This document shows positions 50,000 through 59,520 of a stretch of 64,000 nucleotides of DNA, piece after piece; the first letter of the stretch is position 1, and each line of letters starts with the position of its first letter. The stretch lies in contig CAWJKH010000007.1 of the NCBI GenBank assembly GCA_963843515.1, positions 324,017-388,016 of the forward strand, written 5' to 3'. This DNA is from an uncultured Actinomycetota bacterium (GTDB lineage: Bacteria > Actinomycetota > Thermoleophilia > RBG-16-64-13). The position numbers were made by a program, and so were the translations under genes. The notes under the pieces were generated by a model. That model was not told the origin of the DNA, did no database searches, and saw only the letters and a program-made list of their open reading frames with translations.

Positions 50000-50324
50000 T
50001 CAGTGCTTGGCCATGCCAGCCATCATGGTCTGGAAGGCGTTCGTGGCGGTATCTATCGACTTGTCGAAGTCCGCCAAGGCGTAGACAGTCACATGCGAAA
50101 ACGGTTGGAAGGGGAACTCCGCCGCGATCTGGTCGAGCTCCTCGTGGGAGTCAGCGTTCACGACGCCGGCGCCCCCCGCCAGGCCGGCGAAGCCCCATAT
50201 GTGTTCTATCTTGCCCGAAGCGGTGTAGCGGGCTTTCCACGCCTTCGTGGCGGCAAGGCTTGGTAGCAGCCAATCCAGGGCGGTGCACACGATCAGGCTA
50301 GTGGGTGCGGAAGATCTTCACCAT
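50000..50324 (-). pseudogene. muconolactone-isomerase-like small protein, probable frame break near the N-terminus
   Basis: SGKIEHIWGFAGLAGGAGVVNADSHEELDQIAAEFPFQPFSHVTVYAL resembles the MLI-like pattern. A plausible ATG (50324, MVKIFRTH) is out of frame with the body by one base near 50295. Confidence 0.45.
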
Positions 50325-50541
50325 GCCACCCTAGCTGTAGGGGGCGTCGTAGCAGCGACGCCCCCTAGTTTCACCGGCGCTGGTCTGTCTCGCTCGGCCG
50401 CGGCTGACGGCATGTAGACTCCCGGACCTAAGTGGTTGACCTCGCACTGCCCCGGGTATTCATTGATCCGAAGCGCGGACGGCTGGGGGGCAAGTGCCCG
50501 GCGGACTCGCCGTCCGGGAACCAGAGCGGGGGCTGCACGGA

Positions 50542-51504
50542 ATGGGCGAGACACTGCAATTGGGACGGAGCGGCCTCTTGGTGCCGAGGATGGGGCTTGG
50601 TGCCATGATCTGGGGTCGGGCGCAGGGTATGGCGCGGTGGACACCCGCCCAACTTTCTTATGGCCCGACGGACAGCGCGGAGGACGAGGAGCGTGCGCTG
50701 GAGGTGAGCTTGGCGGCTGGAGTCAATCTCATCGACACCGCTGCCATGTACAGTCGCGGCACCTCCGAGCGCCGCGTCGGTGAGCTGATCCAGGGGAAGG
50801 ACGTCATCGTGGCGACGAAGTTCCCTCCGGCCATCCGGTCAGGAACCGAAGACTTCCCGGAGGCCCTTCGGGCAAGCCTTGCCCGCTTGCGGCGCCAGCA
50901 GATCGATCTTTATCAGCACCACTATCCGTCAAAGCGCGTCTCGATTCCACGGCTGATGGATTTCATGGCAGATGCTGTGGAAGCAGGGAAGATCAGGGCC
51001 GTTGGAGTCAGCAACTACTCGGCTGAGCAGATGCTGATCGCCCACAAGGCACTCGCCGAGCGCGGCATCTCTCTTGCTTCGAATCAGGTGCAATACTCGC
51101 TGCTGCATCGCGGTCCGGAGGCAGACGGAGTGCTCGATGCATGCCGGGAGCTAGGGATCACCCTCATCGCATACATGCCTTTGGCCAGCGGGGCTCTCTC
51201 TGGCAAATACGTGACCGGAACGCGCCCACGCGGGTTCTTCCGCCGGTTCATGCCCTATTTCAGGCGAGGGGGAAGAGAGGCGCTAGCACCCGTAATCGCG
51301 CTGCTCCAAGAGATCGGGCAGGGGTACGATAAGACCCCCGCCCAGGTTGCCTTGCGCTGGCTGCTCGAGGACAAGACCGTCCTTCCAATACCGGGGGCCA
51401 AGAATGGAAGGCAGGCAGCCGAGAACGCCGGTGCGTTGTCATTCAATCTGGTCGACGCAGAAAGAGAGGAACTGAGTCGAGCTACCCTCGCCTGGCGGCA
51501 CTAG
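50542..51504 (+). CDS. aldo/keto reductase
   Basis: MGETLQLGRSGLLVPRMGLGAM...IDTAAMYSRGTSE...DLYQHH...GVSNY. Confidence 0.85.
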   Translation: MGETLQLGRSGLLVPRMGLGAMIWGRAQGMARWTPAQLSYGPTDSAEDEERALEVSLAAGVNLIDTAAMYSRGTSERRVGELIQGKDVIVATKFPPAIRSGTEDFPEALRASLARLRRQQIDLYQHHYPSKRVSIPRLMDFMADAVEAGKIRAVGVSNYSAEQMLIAHKALAERGISLASNQVQYSLLHRGPEADGVLDACRELGITLIAYMPLASGALSGKYVTGTRPRGFFRRFMPYFRRGGREALAPVIALLQEIGQGYDKTPAQVALRWLLEDKTVLPIPGAKNGRQAAENAGALSFNLVDAEREELSRATLAWRH

Positions 51505-51711
51505 CCCGGCTAGCCGCTTGGGGTGACTTTTGAGCCAGCTCCCGGACCGGTAAGAGCGAGCCGTTGGCGAGGTGGTCGATCCCTTGGCGCCCACAATTCG
51601 TGTCGACGGATCCATCCCCGACTCTATGTCCACCCTCCCTGGCGTTTACTCCGGCTGCGCGTCAAGCTTCATTCCCGCAGTTCTGAGAATGCGGCCCCGG
51701 GGGACCGGCGT

Positions 51712-51830
51712 GGCCGCGCAGCACCGGCGCGGCCTGGGAGCGCCGGCGGCGGACCGAAAGCCCAAGCGGCGGCCGCGCGGCACCGGCGAACCGGCCAGGG
51801 GCGGCCAGGGGCGCCGGCGGCGGACCGAAA
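51712..51830 (+). repeat. GC-rich imperfect tandem duplication in the cupredoxin upstream region
   Basis: GCGCCGGCGGCGGACCGAAA occurs at 51740 and 51811. GGCCGCGC(A/G)GCACCGGCG occurs at 51712 and 51771. Confidence 0.6.
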
Positions 51831-51887
51831 CGAGTAGAATAACGGCGATTTGTGGAGCCTGCTCCCGGGACTGTTAAGGAGGCCGAT

Positions 51888-52331
51888 ATGGGACCACGGC
51901 ATCTACGGAGCCGATCCGATCGGGCGACGAAACTCGCCGTTGCGCTGGCCCTGGCGGCAGTTCTCGTGATCGCCGCATTCGCGACAAGTTGCGGCGGCTA
52001 CGGAAGCACCACGACCACTGCCGGCGGACCGGCGACCACTACTGGCGGACCGGCGACCACTGCCGGTTCATCCGGCGACGCAATTGGGGCACAAGTGGTG
52101 ATGAAGGGCTTGGCCTTCGATCCGGCCTCGGTTACGATCAAGGTCGACGAGACCGTGAAGTGGCTCAACCAAGACAGCACCGCGCACACGGTCGTCGCCG
52201 ACAATGGGGAGTTCCAGAGCGAGAATCTCCGCCCAGGCGGTGACTACACGTACACGTTCCCCGAGGCCGGCACCTACCCGTTCCACTGTAGCATCCACCC
52301 GACCATGACGGGTACCGTGATCGTGCAGTAG
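51888..52331 (+). CDS. cupredoxin (plastocyanin/amicyanin-like blue copper) lipoprotein
   Basis: AAGGAGG then ATG at 51888. Lipobox (AFATSCGG), Thr/Gly linker, and type-1 Cu ligands in HTVV...FHCSIHPTM. Confidence 0.85.
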   Translation: MGPRHLRSRSDRATKLAVALALAAVLVIAAFATSCGGYGSTTTTAGGPATTTGGPATTAGSSGDAIGAQVVMKGLAFDPASVTIKVDETVKWLNQDSTAHTVVADNGEFQSENLRPGGDYTYTFPEAGTYPFHCSIHPTMTGTVIVQ

Positions 52332-52477
52332 AGGTCGCGTTTCGCGCGAAGGTGGCTAGCCCGAAGGCGACATCTTCTTCAGCGCGTGTTCCGCGAACCG
52401 TGAGCGGATCTGCTCGCTCGCCAGCAGGCGCTCGGCGGGAGGCAGGGAGGCTATCGTCCGGATGACCGCGTTGGCGA

Positions 52478-52630
52478 ATGCCGGACCCCGGAGCGAATCG
52501 ATGGGGGACAGAATTCGGGGTTTTGCGTTCATCGGGCGGGTGGGCCAAGGCGGGATAAAGTAGCGACTTTGCAGGAATTGTGTTGCTGGCCGGACCCGGA
52601 ACTTAACCAGCCACCCACATTTCACGTTGG
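52478..52630 (+). repeat. mosaic repeat copy: degenerate core plus Y tail (Y2, with ~30-nt internal insertion)
   Basis: CCGGACCCCGGAGCGAATCGATGGGGGACAGAATTCGGGGTTTTGCGTTC...CCAGCCACCCACATTTCAC aligns to 61746-61856. It ends 3 nt inside the stop codon of the sensor gene. Confidence 0.75.
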
Positions 52631-55600
52631 GGGGTGCGCTGCTTGTCCCGGCCGCGGAGAAATGACTCCGTCGCCTCGTGGCGCGGATATCATCAACCCA
52701 GGAGCTTCTCCTGGGTCAAGGGTTTCTTCTTCGGTGCGGCGGCCTCGGCTTTGGCTTTTGAGCTGTAGCGTGAGGATCGCCAGGTCGTCTTGAAGCATCC
52801 CTTCCGAGAAGGCGAGCACCCGATCGAGAATGACATCGGGAAGACGCTCGGCTGGGATACGCTTGCGCTTGACGAGCGACTCGAGGCGCTTCTCCCCGAA
52901 CAGTTCGCCTTTGCGACGGGCCTCGATGACCCCGTCGGTGAAGAGAACGAGAAGGTCATCAGCCTGCAATTCGACCGCGGATGGCTTCCACGCGGCATCG
53001 GCATAGATGCCCAGCGGGGCGGAGCCGGCCCCGAGGTGCTCGATCTCCGCTGACGCCCTTCTCAGTAACATGTCCGGATGCCCCGCCGACGAATACCGCA
53101 GTTCGCCCGTTTGAGGGTCGAGGATGCCGAGGAAAAGGGTGACGTAGCCGGGCAGCTGCTTCTCGATGAGCAGCGTATTGGTGCGCTTGAGTACCTCGTG
53201 TGTCCGAAGCGTCTGATGGATGAAAGCATGGACGACGTCCTTGACGAGCGTCGCGGCACGGGCGGCCTCGATGCCGTGGCCGGCCACATCACCGATCAGA
53301 AGGGCGATCTTGCCCTCTTTGACCTGAAAGACATCGTAGAAGTCCCCGCCCACCCGGGCCGCCTCGGTCGCTGAGCGATAGAGATGTCCGAGACGGACCG
53401 GGCCCACCTCGGAGGGAATGTGGAGAAGGGCGCCCTGCAGGTTCTCGGCGATGTCGAGTTGCTGGCGGTAGAGACGTTCGTTCTCCTCCGCCAAGGTCCG
53501 GAGGCGCTCCTCCGCCTGCTTGCGCTCGGTGACATTCAGAGTGATACCGAAAGCGCTTCTAATCTTGCCTTGGGCGTCTCGAACAACTCGGTCCGTGATT
53601 GCCTGGAGATGACGAACAGACCCATCGGGCCGGACGATCCTATAGTCGACAGCACCCAGCCGTCCCTCGAGGCGCACCGACTCCACGTAATCCCGGTAGC
53701 TGTCCAGGTCGTCCGGATGGATCATGCCCCAAACATCGTCCATGAAGGTCGGGGTGCCAGGCTCCAAACCGTAGATCCGGTAATCCTCGTCCGATGCTTG
53801 GAACAGTCCCGTGTCCCAATCGACTGTCCAACTTCCGAGATGAGCGATCTCCTGGGACTTCTCGAGCACCGCAAGGTTTTCCTTGAGGACCTCATCGGCC
53901 TTCTTGCGCTCGGTGATGTCGCGGCCATAGGCGAAGAGGTACTCCTGCCCCTCGTAGACCACGTGGTTGACAAGGACCTCAGCCTGGTACTCGGTGCCGT
54001 CCTTGCGGCGGTGCGTGACCTCCAGGGTGAAGGACCTGCGCTTTCGGACCTCTTCCCAATGCTCGGCGTACTGTGCCCAGATCATGCCGGGGGTGAAATC
54101 CAGAGCCGTCATGTTCATCAGTTCGTCGCGGCTGTATCCAAGCGTCCGGCAGGTGGCGTCGTTTGCGTAGCGGACGCGGCCGTCGGGCGTGAACCAGGCG
54201 ACCATTTCCGGCGCCACATCGATCGAGGCGTGCGTCAGCCTCAGCGCCTCCTCGGCCCGTTTGCGCTCGGTGATGTCGGCGCACACCCCGACGATCCGCA
54301 CCGGGCGGCCCTGATCGTCATGGTGAAATCGCCCGGTCGACATGAACCACCCGGTGCTGCCGTCAACCCGGCGCATTCGTCCTTCCACATACATTTCGGT
54401 CTTTCCCTCAGCGGGCGTGTGAGCCTCAATAACCTTCTCGTGGTCCTCGGGCGACACATGCCGCAACGCGACCTCCATAGTCCATTCCGGCTGAAGCTCC
54501 TCGTAGCCGAAGATCTGGTCATGCCGCAAAGACCGGACGGCCTGGCCTGTGACCAAGTCGAGGTCCCATGTGCCGTACTCAGCGGCCTCCAGGGCAAGAC
54601 GCAGCCGTTCCTCGCTCTCACTTAGCGCCTCCTCGGCCTGCTTGCGCTCGGTGATGTCGCGGTAGACCACCTGGCTCGCGAGTCTGCCTCCGAACTCGAC
54701 CCTGGAGCCGCTCGCCTCCACGGCGACGGGGATGCCGTCCAGCCTGAGCAAGCGCATCTCTCGAGGCGGTGAGACCGCACCGGCAATCACCTCTTCCATT
54801 TGCTGACGGAATAACTCGCGGTCCTCGAGGTGAACGCGGTCGAGCGCGTTCTCGCCGATAAGCTCGCTTGGAGACCGGGCGCCGTAAAGCCTGGCGGCCG
54901 CCGCGTTCGCGAACACATGCGTGCCGTCTACGTCGACCAAGAGGGCGTCGGGGCTCACGTCCACAAGGTTCTTGTAGCGGTCCTCGCTCTCCTCCAAGGC
55001 GCGTTCTAACGGAAGGATTGAGGACGCCTCGCCGTGTTGGAGACTGAAGATGCCGCCAAGGAGGTAGAGGCCCGCCAGCCATTGGCCGGAGCGTACCAGC
55101 CACGATACGGGGCTGGCCGTGGGCGCTTGCGAAATAACGGCGATGGCGAAAGCCGCCCCCATCAACCCTAACCCGGAGAGCCACCACAAAAGGAACGGTG
55201 ACTTCAACCGGCGGTACGTCAGGGCGAAAATGAACGATGCAGCAATAAGGCCAGCCGCCGCGAGACCGAATGAGGCGTTTCTCCACGCAGTGAAACCTTG
55301 CCCGGGGATGAAGAAGGCCGGGATCAGCCCGGCGAGGGTCAGCGCTATGACGACTCCCATGAAGACCACCACTGCGGCATACGTCGCACCGATGGCCGGC
55401 ACCCGTGAAATCGTTCTTCTCCCGCGCCTTTCGAAGACAGTTTGGATCGCACTCCACAGAAACAAGAGGCTTCCGGCGCAGATAGCGATGTCAGCGACGG
55501 TTATGGCGTGGTTGGGGTCCGTAATCAACGGTCCCCCTATAAGGTACGCGAGGCCTACGAGGAGCGAACCGGCCCCCAGAAAGACGAGCGCCTGCATGCG

Positions 55601-56263
55601 AGAACGGCCGTAGCTGCGCGCCGCAAGGTAGCTGACGATGAGCATCGGGGCCACGATGAATAGGACGTTGAAGGTGGTGAATACTGACGATTCCTCGTGA
55701 ACCGCGCGGAGACCCAAGACAATGAACACGAAGACAGCGGCGATCAGCAGCGGGATAGGCAGCCAGATGAGGCTTGCAGGCCGCCAGAAAGACCAGGCCT
55801 GCTCGCTCTGCTTCGCTCCGTCTGACAAGGCGCTCCCGAGCAGGCCAACGTCAGGGTCGCGCTGTACGCCAAAGAACGTGAGCGAAACACGCGTCTTGCC
55901 TCCGACCATGCGGGACACACTCACGTGGTCGGCCAGGGACACCATGAGGGGAAGCCCGAGGCCCCGGCGTCGGCCCCCGTGGTCCTTGTAGAGGCCGGGC
56001 TGGAAGACCCCGTCGTTGGTTATCTCCACGATCAGACGATCGGGGAGGATCCAGGCGACGAGCTCCACCTCGCTGGCGGCGTGCTCTATGCCGTTGGCGG
56101 TAGCCTCGGAGGCGGCCACTTGTAGGTCGAAGATGCGGGACTCGGACAGCGAGCCACTCGCCCCCACGTCTCCGAGCCAAGCTCTCACCTCAGCCACGCG
56201 GGAGAGGTCGGCGGGGATGCTCAGCCGAAGAGAGGTTACCCCGTTCGGCGGGGTCGGGCTCAC
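52622..56263 (-). CDS. fusion protein: RsbW-like HATPase_c_2 kinase, multi-TM region, ~4 PAS domains and a PP2C/SpoIIE phosphatase
   Basis: 1213 aa, intact. N-terminus EATANGIEHA...RGLGLPLM. About 8-9 hydrophobic helices (residues ~150-410). Repeated PAS-type segments each end in YRDITERK, CADITERK, GRDITERK or TLNVTERK. C-terminus VGGDFYDV...LLIGDVAGHG...AGHP...TDGV. Confidence 0.85.
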   Translation of the reverse strand: MSPTPPNGVTSLRLSIPADLSRVAEVRAWLGDVGASGSLSESRIFDLQVAASEATANGIEHAASEVELVAWILPDRLIVEITNDGVFQPGLYKDHGGRRRGLGLPLMVSLADHVSVSRMVGGKTRVSLTFFGVQRDPDVGLLGSALSDGAKQSEQAWSFWRPASLIWLPIPLLIAAVFVFIVLGLRAVHEESSVFTTFNVLFIVAPMLIVSYLAARSYGRSRMQALVFLGAGSLLVGLAYLIGGPLITDPNHAITVADIAICAGSLLFLWSAIQTVFERRGRRTISRVPAIGATYAAVVVFMGVVIALTLAGLIPAFFIPGQGFTAWRNASFGLAAAGLIAASFIFALTYRRLKSPFLLWWLSGLGLMGAAFAIAVISQAPTASPVSWLVRSGQWLAGLYLLGGIFSLQHGEASSILPLERALEESEDRYKNLVDVSPDALLVDVDGTHVFANAAAARLYGARSPSELIGENALDRVHLEDRELFRQQMEEVIAGAVSPPREMRLLRLDGIPVAVEASGSRVEFGGRLASQVVYRDITERKQAEEALSESEERLRLALEAAEYGTWDLDLVTGQAVRSLRHDQIFGYEELQPEWTMEVALRHVSPEDHEKVIEAHTPAEGKTEMYVEGRMRRVDGSTGWFMSTGRFHHDDQGRPVRIVGVCADITERKRAEEALRLTHASIDVAPEMVAWFTPDGRVRYANDATCRTLGYSRDELMNMTALDFTPGMIWAQYAEHWEEVRKRRSFTLEVTHRRKDGTEYQAEVLVNHVVYEGQEYLFAYGRDITERKKADEVLKENLAVLEKSQEIAHLGSWTVDWDTGLFQASDEDYRIYGLEPGTPTFMDDVWGMIHPDDLDSYRDYVESVRLEGRLGAVDYRIVRPDGSVRHLQAITDRVVRDAQGKIRSAFGITLNVTERKQAEERLRTLAEENERLYRQQLDIAENLQGALLHIPSEVGPVRLGHLYRSATEAARVGGDFYDVFQVKEGKIALLIGDVAGHGIEAARAATLVKDVVHAFIHQTLRTHEVLKRTNTLLIEKQLPGYVTLFLGILDPQTGELRYSSAGHPDMLLRRASAEIEHLGAGSAPLGIYADAAWKPSAVELQADDLLVLFTDGVIEARRKGELFGEKRLESLVKRKRIPAERLPDVILDRVLAFSEGMLQDDLAILTLQLKSQSRGRRTEEETLDPGEAPGLMISAPRGDGVISPRPGQAAHPPT

Positions 56264-56610
56264 AGGGCAGTATCCCGAAGAGCCTCGGAAGCGTCCTCCG
56301 TGCTGGCAAAGATCCGGAAGGAGGGTCGACTGGTGAGACCCACGATCTCGAAAATTCGGAGGAGGTTCCCGTTGGCTCCGATGACGCCTAGCCAGCCCCG
56401 CGCCTGCATGTCTTTATCCAGCGTGAGAAAGACGCCCGCGCCCCCGCTATCGAGATAGCGCACAGCAGTCAGGTCAAAGAGGAGACGCCCGCTGTCTAGG
56501 GCAAGGGCCTCGCGAGCCGCCGCTTCAAGCGCGGGCGCAGTGAAGTGATCGACGTCCCCGACGATTCGGAACAAAGGAATGCCGGAAAGAGACGCTTGGA
56601 AGACTTCCAT
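56260..56610 (-). CDS. STAS-domain anti-sigma-factor antagonist (RsbV/SpoIIAA-like)
   Basis: 116 aa. LFDLTAVRYLDSGGAGVF carries the phosphorylatable Ser context. The stop overlaps the GTG of the downstream fusion gene (GTGA). Confidence 0.85.
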   Translation of the reverse strand: MEVFQASLSGIPLFRIVGDVDHFTAPALEAAAREALALDSGRLLFDLTAVRYLDSGGAGVFLTLDKDMQARGWLGVIGANGNLLRIFEIVGLTSRPSFRIFASTEDASEALRDTAL

Positions 56611-56766
56611 CTGCTCCTAGCAATAACCGGCCATCGCGCAGTAGTGGCAGCGCATTCTCCGTTGCCGGACACATGGCGTCAAGTGAGCAGCGTGAAAGGT
56701 ATCCAGGGCCCCGGCCCTGCAGGGAGTTCCCGATATGCTGTTTCCGAAACCCCCCGAGGAAATGTC

Positions 56767-56940
56767 CCCGGTTCAAGCCGGGGTATGCCATTTATGGACT
56801 TTGTAAATATGGCCTATGCTGGGCTTTCCTGGGTGGCGGGACCCGGACTTGTATGGTCTGCCGACATTCCGTTCCGACTGGTGACGGCCTAGGAAGCACA
56901 AAACCCTGCACGCGGGTGACTTTTCGCCGGCTGCCGCCTC
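56767..56940 (+). repeat. mosaic repeat copy: H2 head plus core plus X tail
   Basis: TCCCCGGTTCAAGCCGGGG hairpin, ACTTTGTAAATATGGCCTATGCTGGGCTTTCCTGG, GTGGCGGGACCC, then the X tail GGACTTGTATGGTCTGCCGACATTCCGTTCCGACTGGTGACGGCC... Confidence 0.8.
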
Positions 56941-57055
56941 CGTTGTCCTTGCCCTCGGAACGCCGAGAAGCCCCGCCCCGGCAGTTGGGAGCTATTGGCG
57001 ACGTGGTCAAATGCACTGGCGCCCGCCCCGCTGTCTCCGCCGTCCGTTCTTCCGC

Positions 57056-58045
57056 TCAGCTGAGTCGGCGGCGCACCCACCAGAAGCAGAGCCCAGCCAG
57101 GAGAAGAGCGAGGGCAAGGAAGACGGCTGTCTCGATTCCTTGGAAGACCCAGAAACGGTCGGCGGGTTGAAGGGTGACGACGGCGTGATACGTAGCGGCG
57201 AGTTTTGCGGCGACCGCTTCAGGGTTCCCCGCGGGCGCTCCGTCCCTCACGGCGCTCCACAAAGCTTCCGCGGAAGCTCGATTTCCAGCCTGGTCGACAA
57301 TGTCGACCGAGTAGACCCAGGCATTCGGTATGTGGGCGAAGGGTTTCAGATGCGCGTCCCCGGTGCTAGCCCTCATGAGGCCCAGCCCAACGAGGTCGGA
57401 CGTGAGTGACAAGCTCGTCTTCGTGGGGATCATGAAGTAGGGACGCACCCAATACGTCACCGCGATACGGACGGCGGCGAAGACCGCGAGGGTAACACCC
57501 ATGGCTGGCAGCGTGCGCCGGAAGAGCAGACCGGCCGTGACGCCCACCATGAAGCCGAAGGGTGCGTAGCCCAGCGGCACGAGCCACCCGGTGCCGAAGA
57601 GTAGGAGATCGAATCGGTTGGGAGTGGCTGGGCCCGTGAGGCTGAGGCCATAGATGGGGTTCGACCACCAGGTGACGATGAGACTGAGCAGACCCGTGAC
57701 GGCAACGCTGGCGAAGCCGACAACCAGGAGCTTCACAGCCAACCACCGCGCGCGGGTGACGCTCTGGGTCCACACCAGGCGAAACGTGCCCGTTTCCAGC
57801 TCGCGCGCGATGAGAGGCGCTCCCCAGAACACGCCGGCAAGGATGGGAGCCCCGAGGACAATCACCGTGAAGGCTCCTCGCAGAAAGCGAAGCGGGCCTT
57901 CGAATAGTGCTCCCCTGGCGGACGCCTCAGAGAGAAGATCGACCAAGTACGGCCGAGTGACCGCGGCAATCACGGCAACCACCACCAAGGCCCCAAGCGC
58001 CACGAACGCCTGAGAGCGGAACTGCCGCCAGGAGAGTCTGATCAT
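57056..58045 (-). CDS. ABC-2-type transporter permease
   Basis: The Met at 58045 (ATGA overlap with the ATPase stop). 6 hydrophobic helices. Confidence 0.75.
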   Translation of the reverse strand: MIRLSWRQFRSQAFVALGALVVVAVIAAVTRPYLVDLLSEASARGALFEGPLRFLRGAFTVIVLGAPILAGVFWGAPLIARELETGTFRLVWTQSVTRARWLAVKLLVVGFASVAVTGLLSLIVTWWSNPIYGLSLTGPATPNRFDLLLFGTGWLVPLGYAPFGFMVGVTAGLLFRRTLPAMGVTLAVFAAVRIAVTYWVRPYFMIPTKTSLSLTSDLVGLGLMRASTGDAHLKPFAHIPNAWVYSVDIVDQAGNRASAEALWSAVRDGAPAGNPEAVAAKLAATYHAVVTLQPADRFWVFQGIETAVFLALALLLAGLCFWWVRRRLS

Positions 58046-58938
58046 TTGACGACCGCCAATCTGGACGTTGAGTCGGACTCCACTTCGTTCGCCGCTTTCA
58101 TGTAGGCGAGCACCAGATCCTCGAGACTGACTTCTTCCGCGGTCCAAGCCGGGTCGTAGATCGGGTCTTCCGTGCGTACGATGAGCGTGCTCTGCCGCGC
58201 GGCGTGGCTGGCCTCGATGACCTCGAGACCGCCCGGCATGGTGCCGGGATCACGGCGTGGCCCAGTCAGCCGACGATGCGAGGCCAGTAGGGCATCGACC
58301 TCCCCCGTCAGCCGCACTTGCGAGGAGGCCAGCACAACCAGGTAGTCGCAGGTCCGCTCTAGGTCGGATAGCAGGTGGGAGGAGAACACGATACTCAGTC
58401 GTTGGTCCGCGACGACCTCCATCAGGGACTGCAGGAACTCGCGACGGGCGAGCGGGTCCAGACTGGCCACCGGCTCGTCTAGGATCAGCAGTTCCGGGCG
58501 CTTGGCCAATGCCAGGGTGAGAGCCAGCTGAGCCCGTTGGCCACCTGACAGCCGCCCCGCCCGCTGGGTGAGATCGAGACCGAGCTTGCCGACCCGGTGC
58601 CGGGCCGCCTCGTCATCCCAATGGGGGTTGAGCCATGCACCTAACCGGAGATGATCGCCGACGGACAGTCCCGGGTAGAGCGGCGTCTCCTGACCGACGA
58701 AGCCTATCCGCTCCAGTTGTCTGGATCCAGCCGCCGGCTCAGCGCCGAGCACTCTTATCGCGCCCGTTGTGGGAGCAAGCAGGCCGACGGCAAGCTGGAG
58801 CAACGTCGTCTTGCCGGCCCCGTTCGGACCGACCAGGCCGACGACCCGCCCGGCAGGCACGTCGAGCGTGCAGTCGGTCAGGGCCCAGAGCCGCCCAAAG
58901 CGTTTGCCCAACCCACGGGCCTCGATAACCGCGCTCAC
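58042..58938 (-). CDS. ABC transporter ATP-binding protein
   Basis: Walker A GPNGAGKTT, signature LSGGQRAQ, Walker B LLILDEP. Confidence 0.9.
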   Translation of the reverse strand: MSAVIEARGLGKRFGRLWALTDCTLDVPAGRVVGLVGPNGAGKTTLLQLAVGLLAPTTGAIRVLGAEPAAGSRQLERIGFVGQETPLYPGLSVGDHLRLGAWLNPHWDDEAARHRVGKLGLDLTQRAGRLSGGQRAQLALTLALAKRPELLILDEPVASLDPLARREFLQSLMEVVADQRLSIVFSSHLLSDLERTCDYLVVLASSQVRLTGEVDALLASHRRLTGPRRDPGTMPGGLEVIEASHAARQSTLIVRTEDPIYDPAWTAEEVSLEDLVLAYMKAANEVESDSTSRLAVVK

Positions 58939-59327
58939 GCTACGTTCTCCTGAGAGACGGACCGAAAGGCGTCCCGAAAGAGCGCCTCGATGCTCTCATC
59001 GTCGAGTCCGGCGCCACGCGCTTTGGTCAGCCAGCGGTTGAGGTCTTCTCGAAGGGGCCCTTGTGCCGCGAGGGAAGAGCCGCTGAGACTCGCTATCACG
59101 AACGTTCCGACGCCCGGCCGGACTCCCACAAGTCCCTGGTGCTCAAGCTCTCGGTAAGCCTTCAGCACAGTGTTTGGGTTCAACGCAAGGCGGCCGACGA
59201 CATCCTTGACCGTCGGGAGTTGGTCACCCTTTCGCAGCAGGCCCAGCCGGAGAGCGTGGCGCACCTGATGGACGAGCTGCAGATAGGGCGAGACGCCTGA
59301 ACGGCTGTCCAAATGGAACTCGATCAT
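58935..59327 (-). CDS. GntR-family (YtrA-like) transcriptional regulator
   Basis: 130 aa. LPTVKDVVGRLALNPNTVLKAYRELEHQGLV winged HTH. First gene of the GntR-ABC operon. Confidence 0.85.
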   Translation of the reverse strand: MIEFHLDSRSGVSPYLQLVHQVRHALRLGLLRKGDQLPTVKDVVGRLALNPNTVLKAYRELEHQGLVGVRPGVGTFVIASLSGSSLAAQGPLREDLNRWLTKARGAGLDDESIEALFRDAFRSVSQENVA

Positions 59328-59342
59328 GTTCGCCTCGATTCA

Positions 59343-59386
59343 CCTAGCGACTACAGCTATACTAACTAGCATACTATATAGCTAGG
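59343..59386. promoter_or_regulatory. AT-rich inverted-repeat operator candidate upstream of the GntR gene
   Basis: AGCTATA (59355-59361) pairs with TATAGCT (59377-59383), and CCTAGC (59343) pairs with GCTAGG (59381). CTAG-rich. Confidence 0.45.
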
Positions 59387-59520
59387 TTTACGCTACGTCA
59401 AGCTGCCAAGGAGCATTCGGAAAGATGGCCGAAGGCTGGACGGCAGGCCCCGCCTGCTGGCGCTGCAGCCCAAGCTGGCAGGCTCCTGGGCGCGGCGTGG
59501 GCTTTCCCGATTGGGAAAAG

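Noticed and set aside
52356-52625. 89-aa minus-strand ORF MKCGWLVKFRVRP... spanning the Y2 repeat, with a faint resemblance of GWLVKFRVRPAT to the GWLK.FRR.ATRY motif of IS5-family transposase C-termini
   Set aside because: The resemblance is only a few residues. The Y1 copy has a different sequence at that spot (GWLVQLWVWPP), there is no DDE domain anywhere nearby, and most of the ORF is repeat sequence. It is noted as something a blastx could settle.
56766-56792. tRNA-like 3' end (GTCCCCGGTTCAAGCCGGGGTATGCCA, with GGTTCAAG and a terminal CCA)
   Set aside because: The stem closes a 6-nt loop, not a canonical 7-nt T-loop with G53-C61. No complementary 5' acceptor strand, D-arm or anticodon arm lies upstream. 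A related hairpin start at 59521 shows it is part of the repeat head.
56832-56892. Small conserved peptide VAGPGLVWSADIPFRLV(T/M)A encoded by all three X repeat copies
   Set aside because: The conservation is at near-identical nucleotide level, so it says nothing about coding. There is no consistent start codon or Shine-Dalgarno sequence, and the stop is lost in the 63.6-kb copy (TAG becomes CAG).
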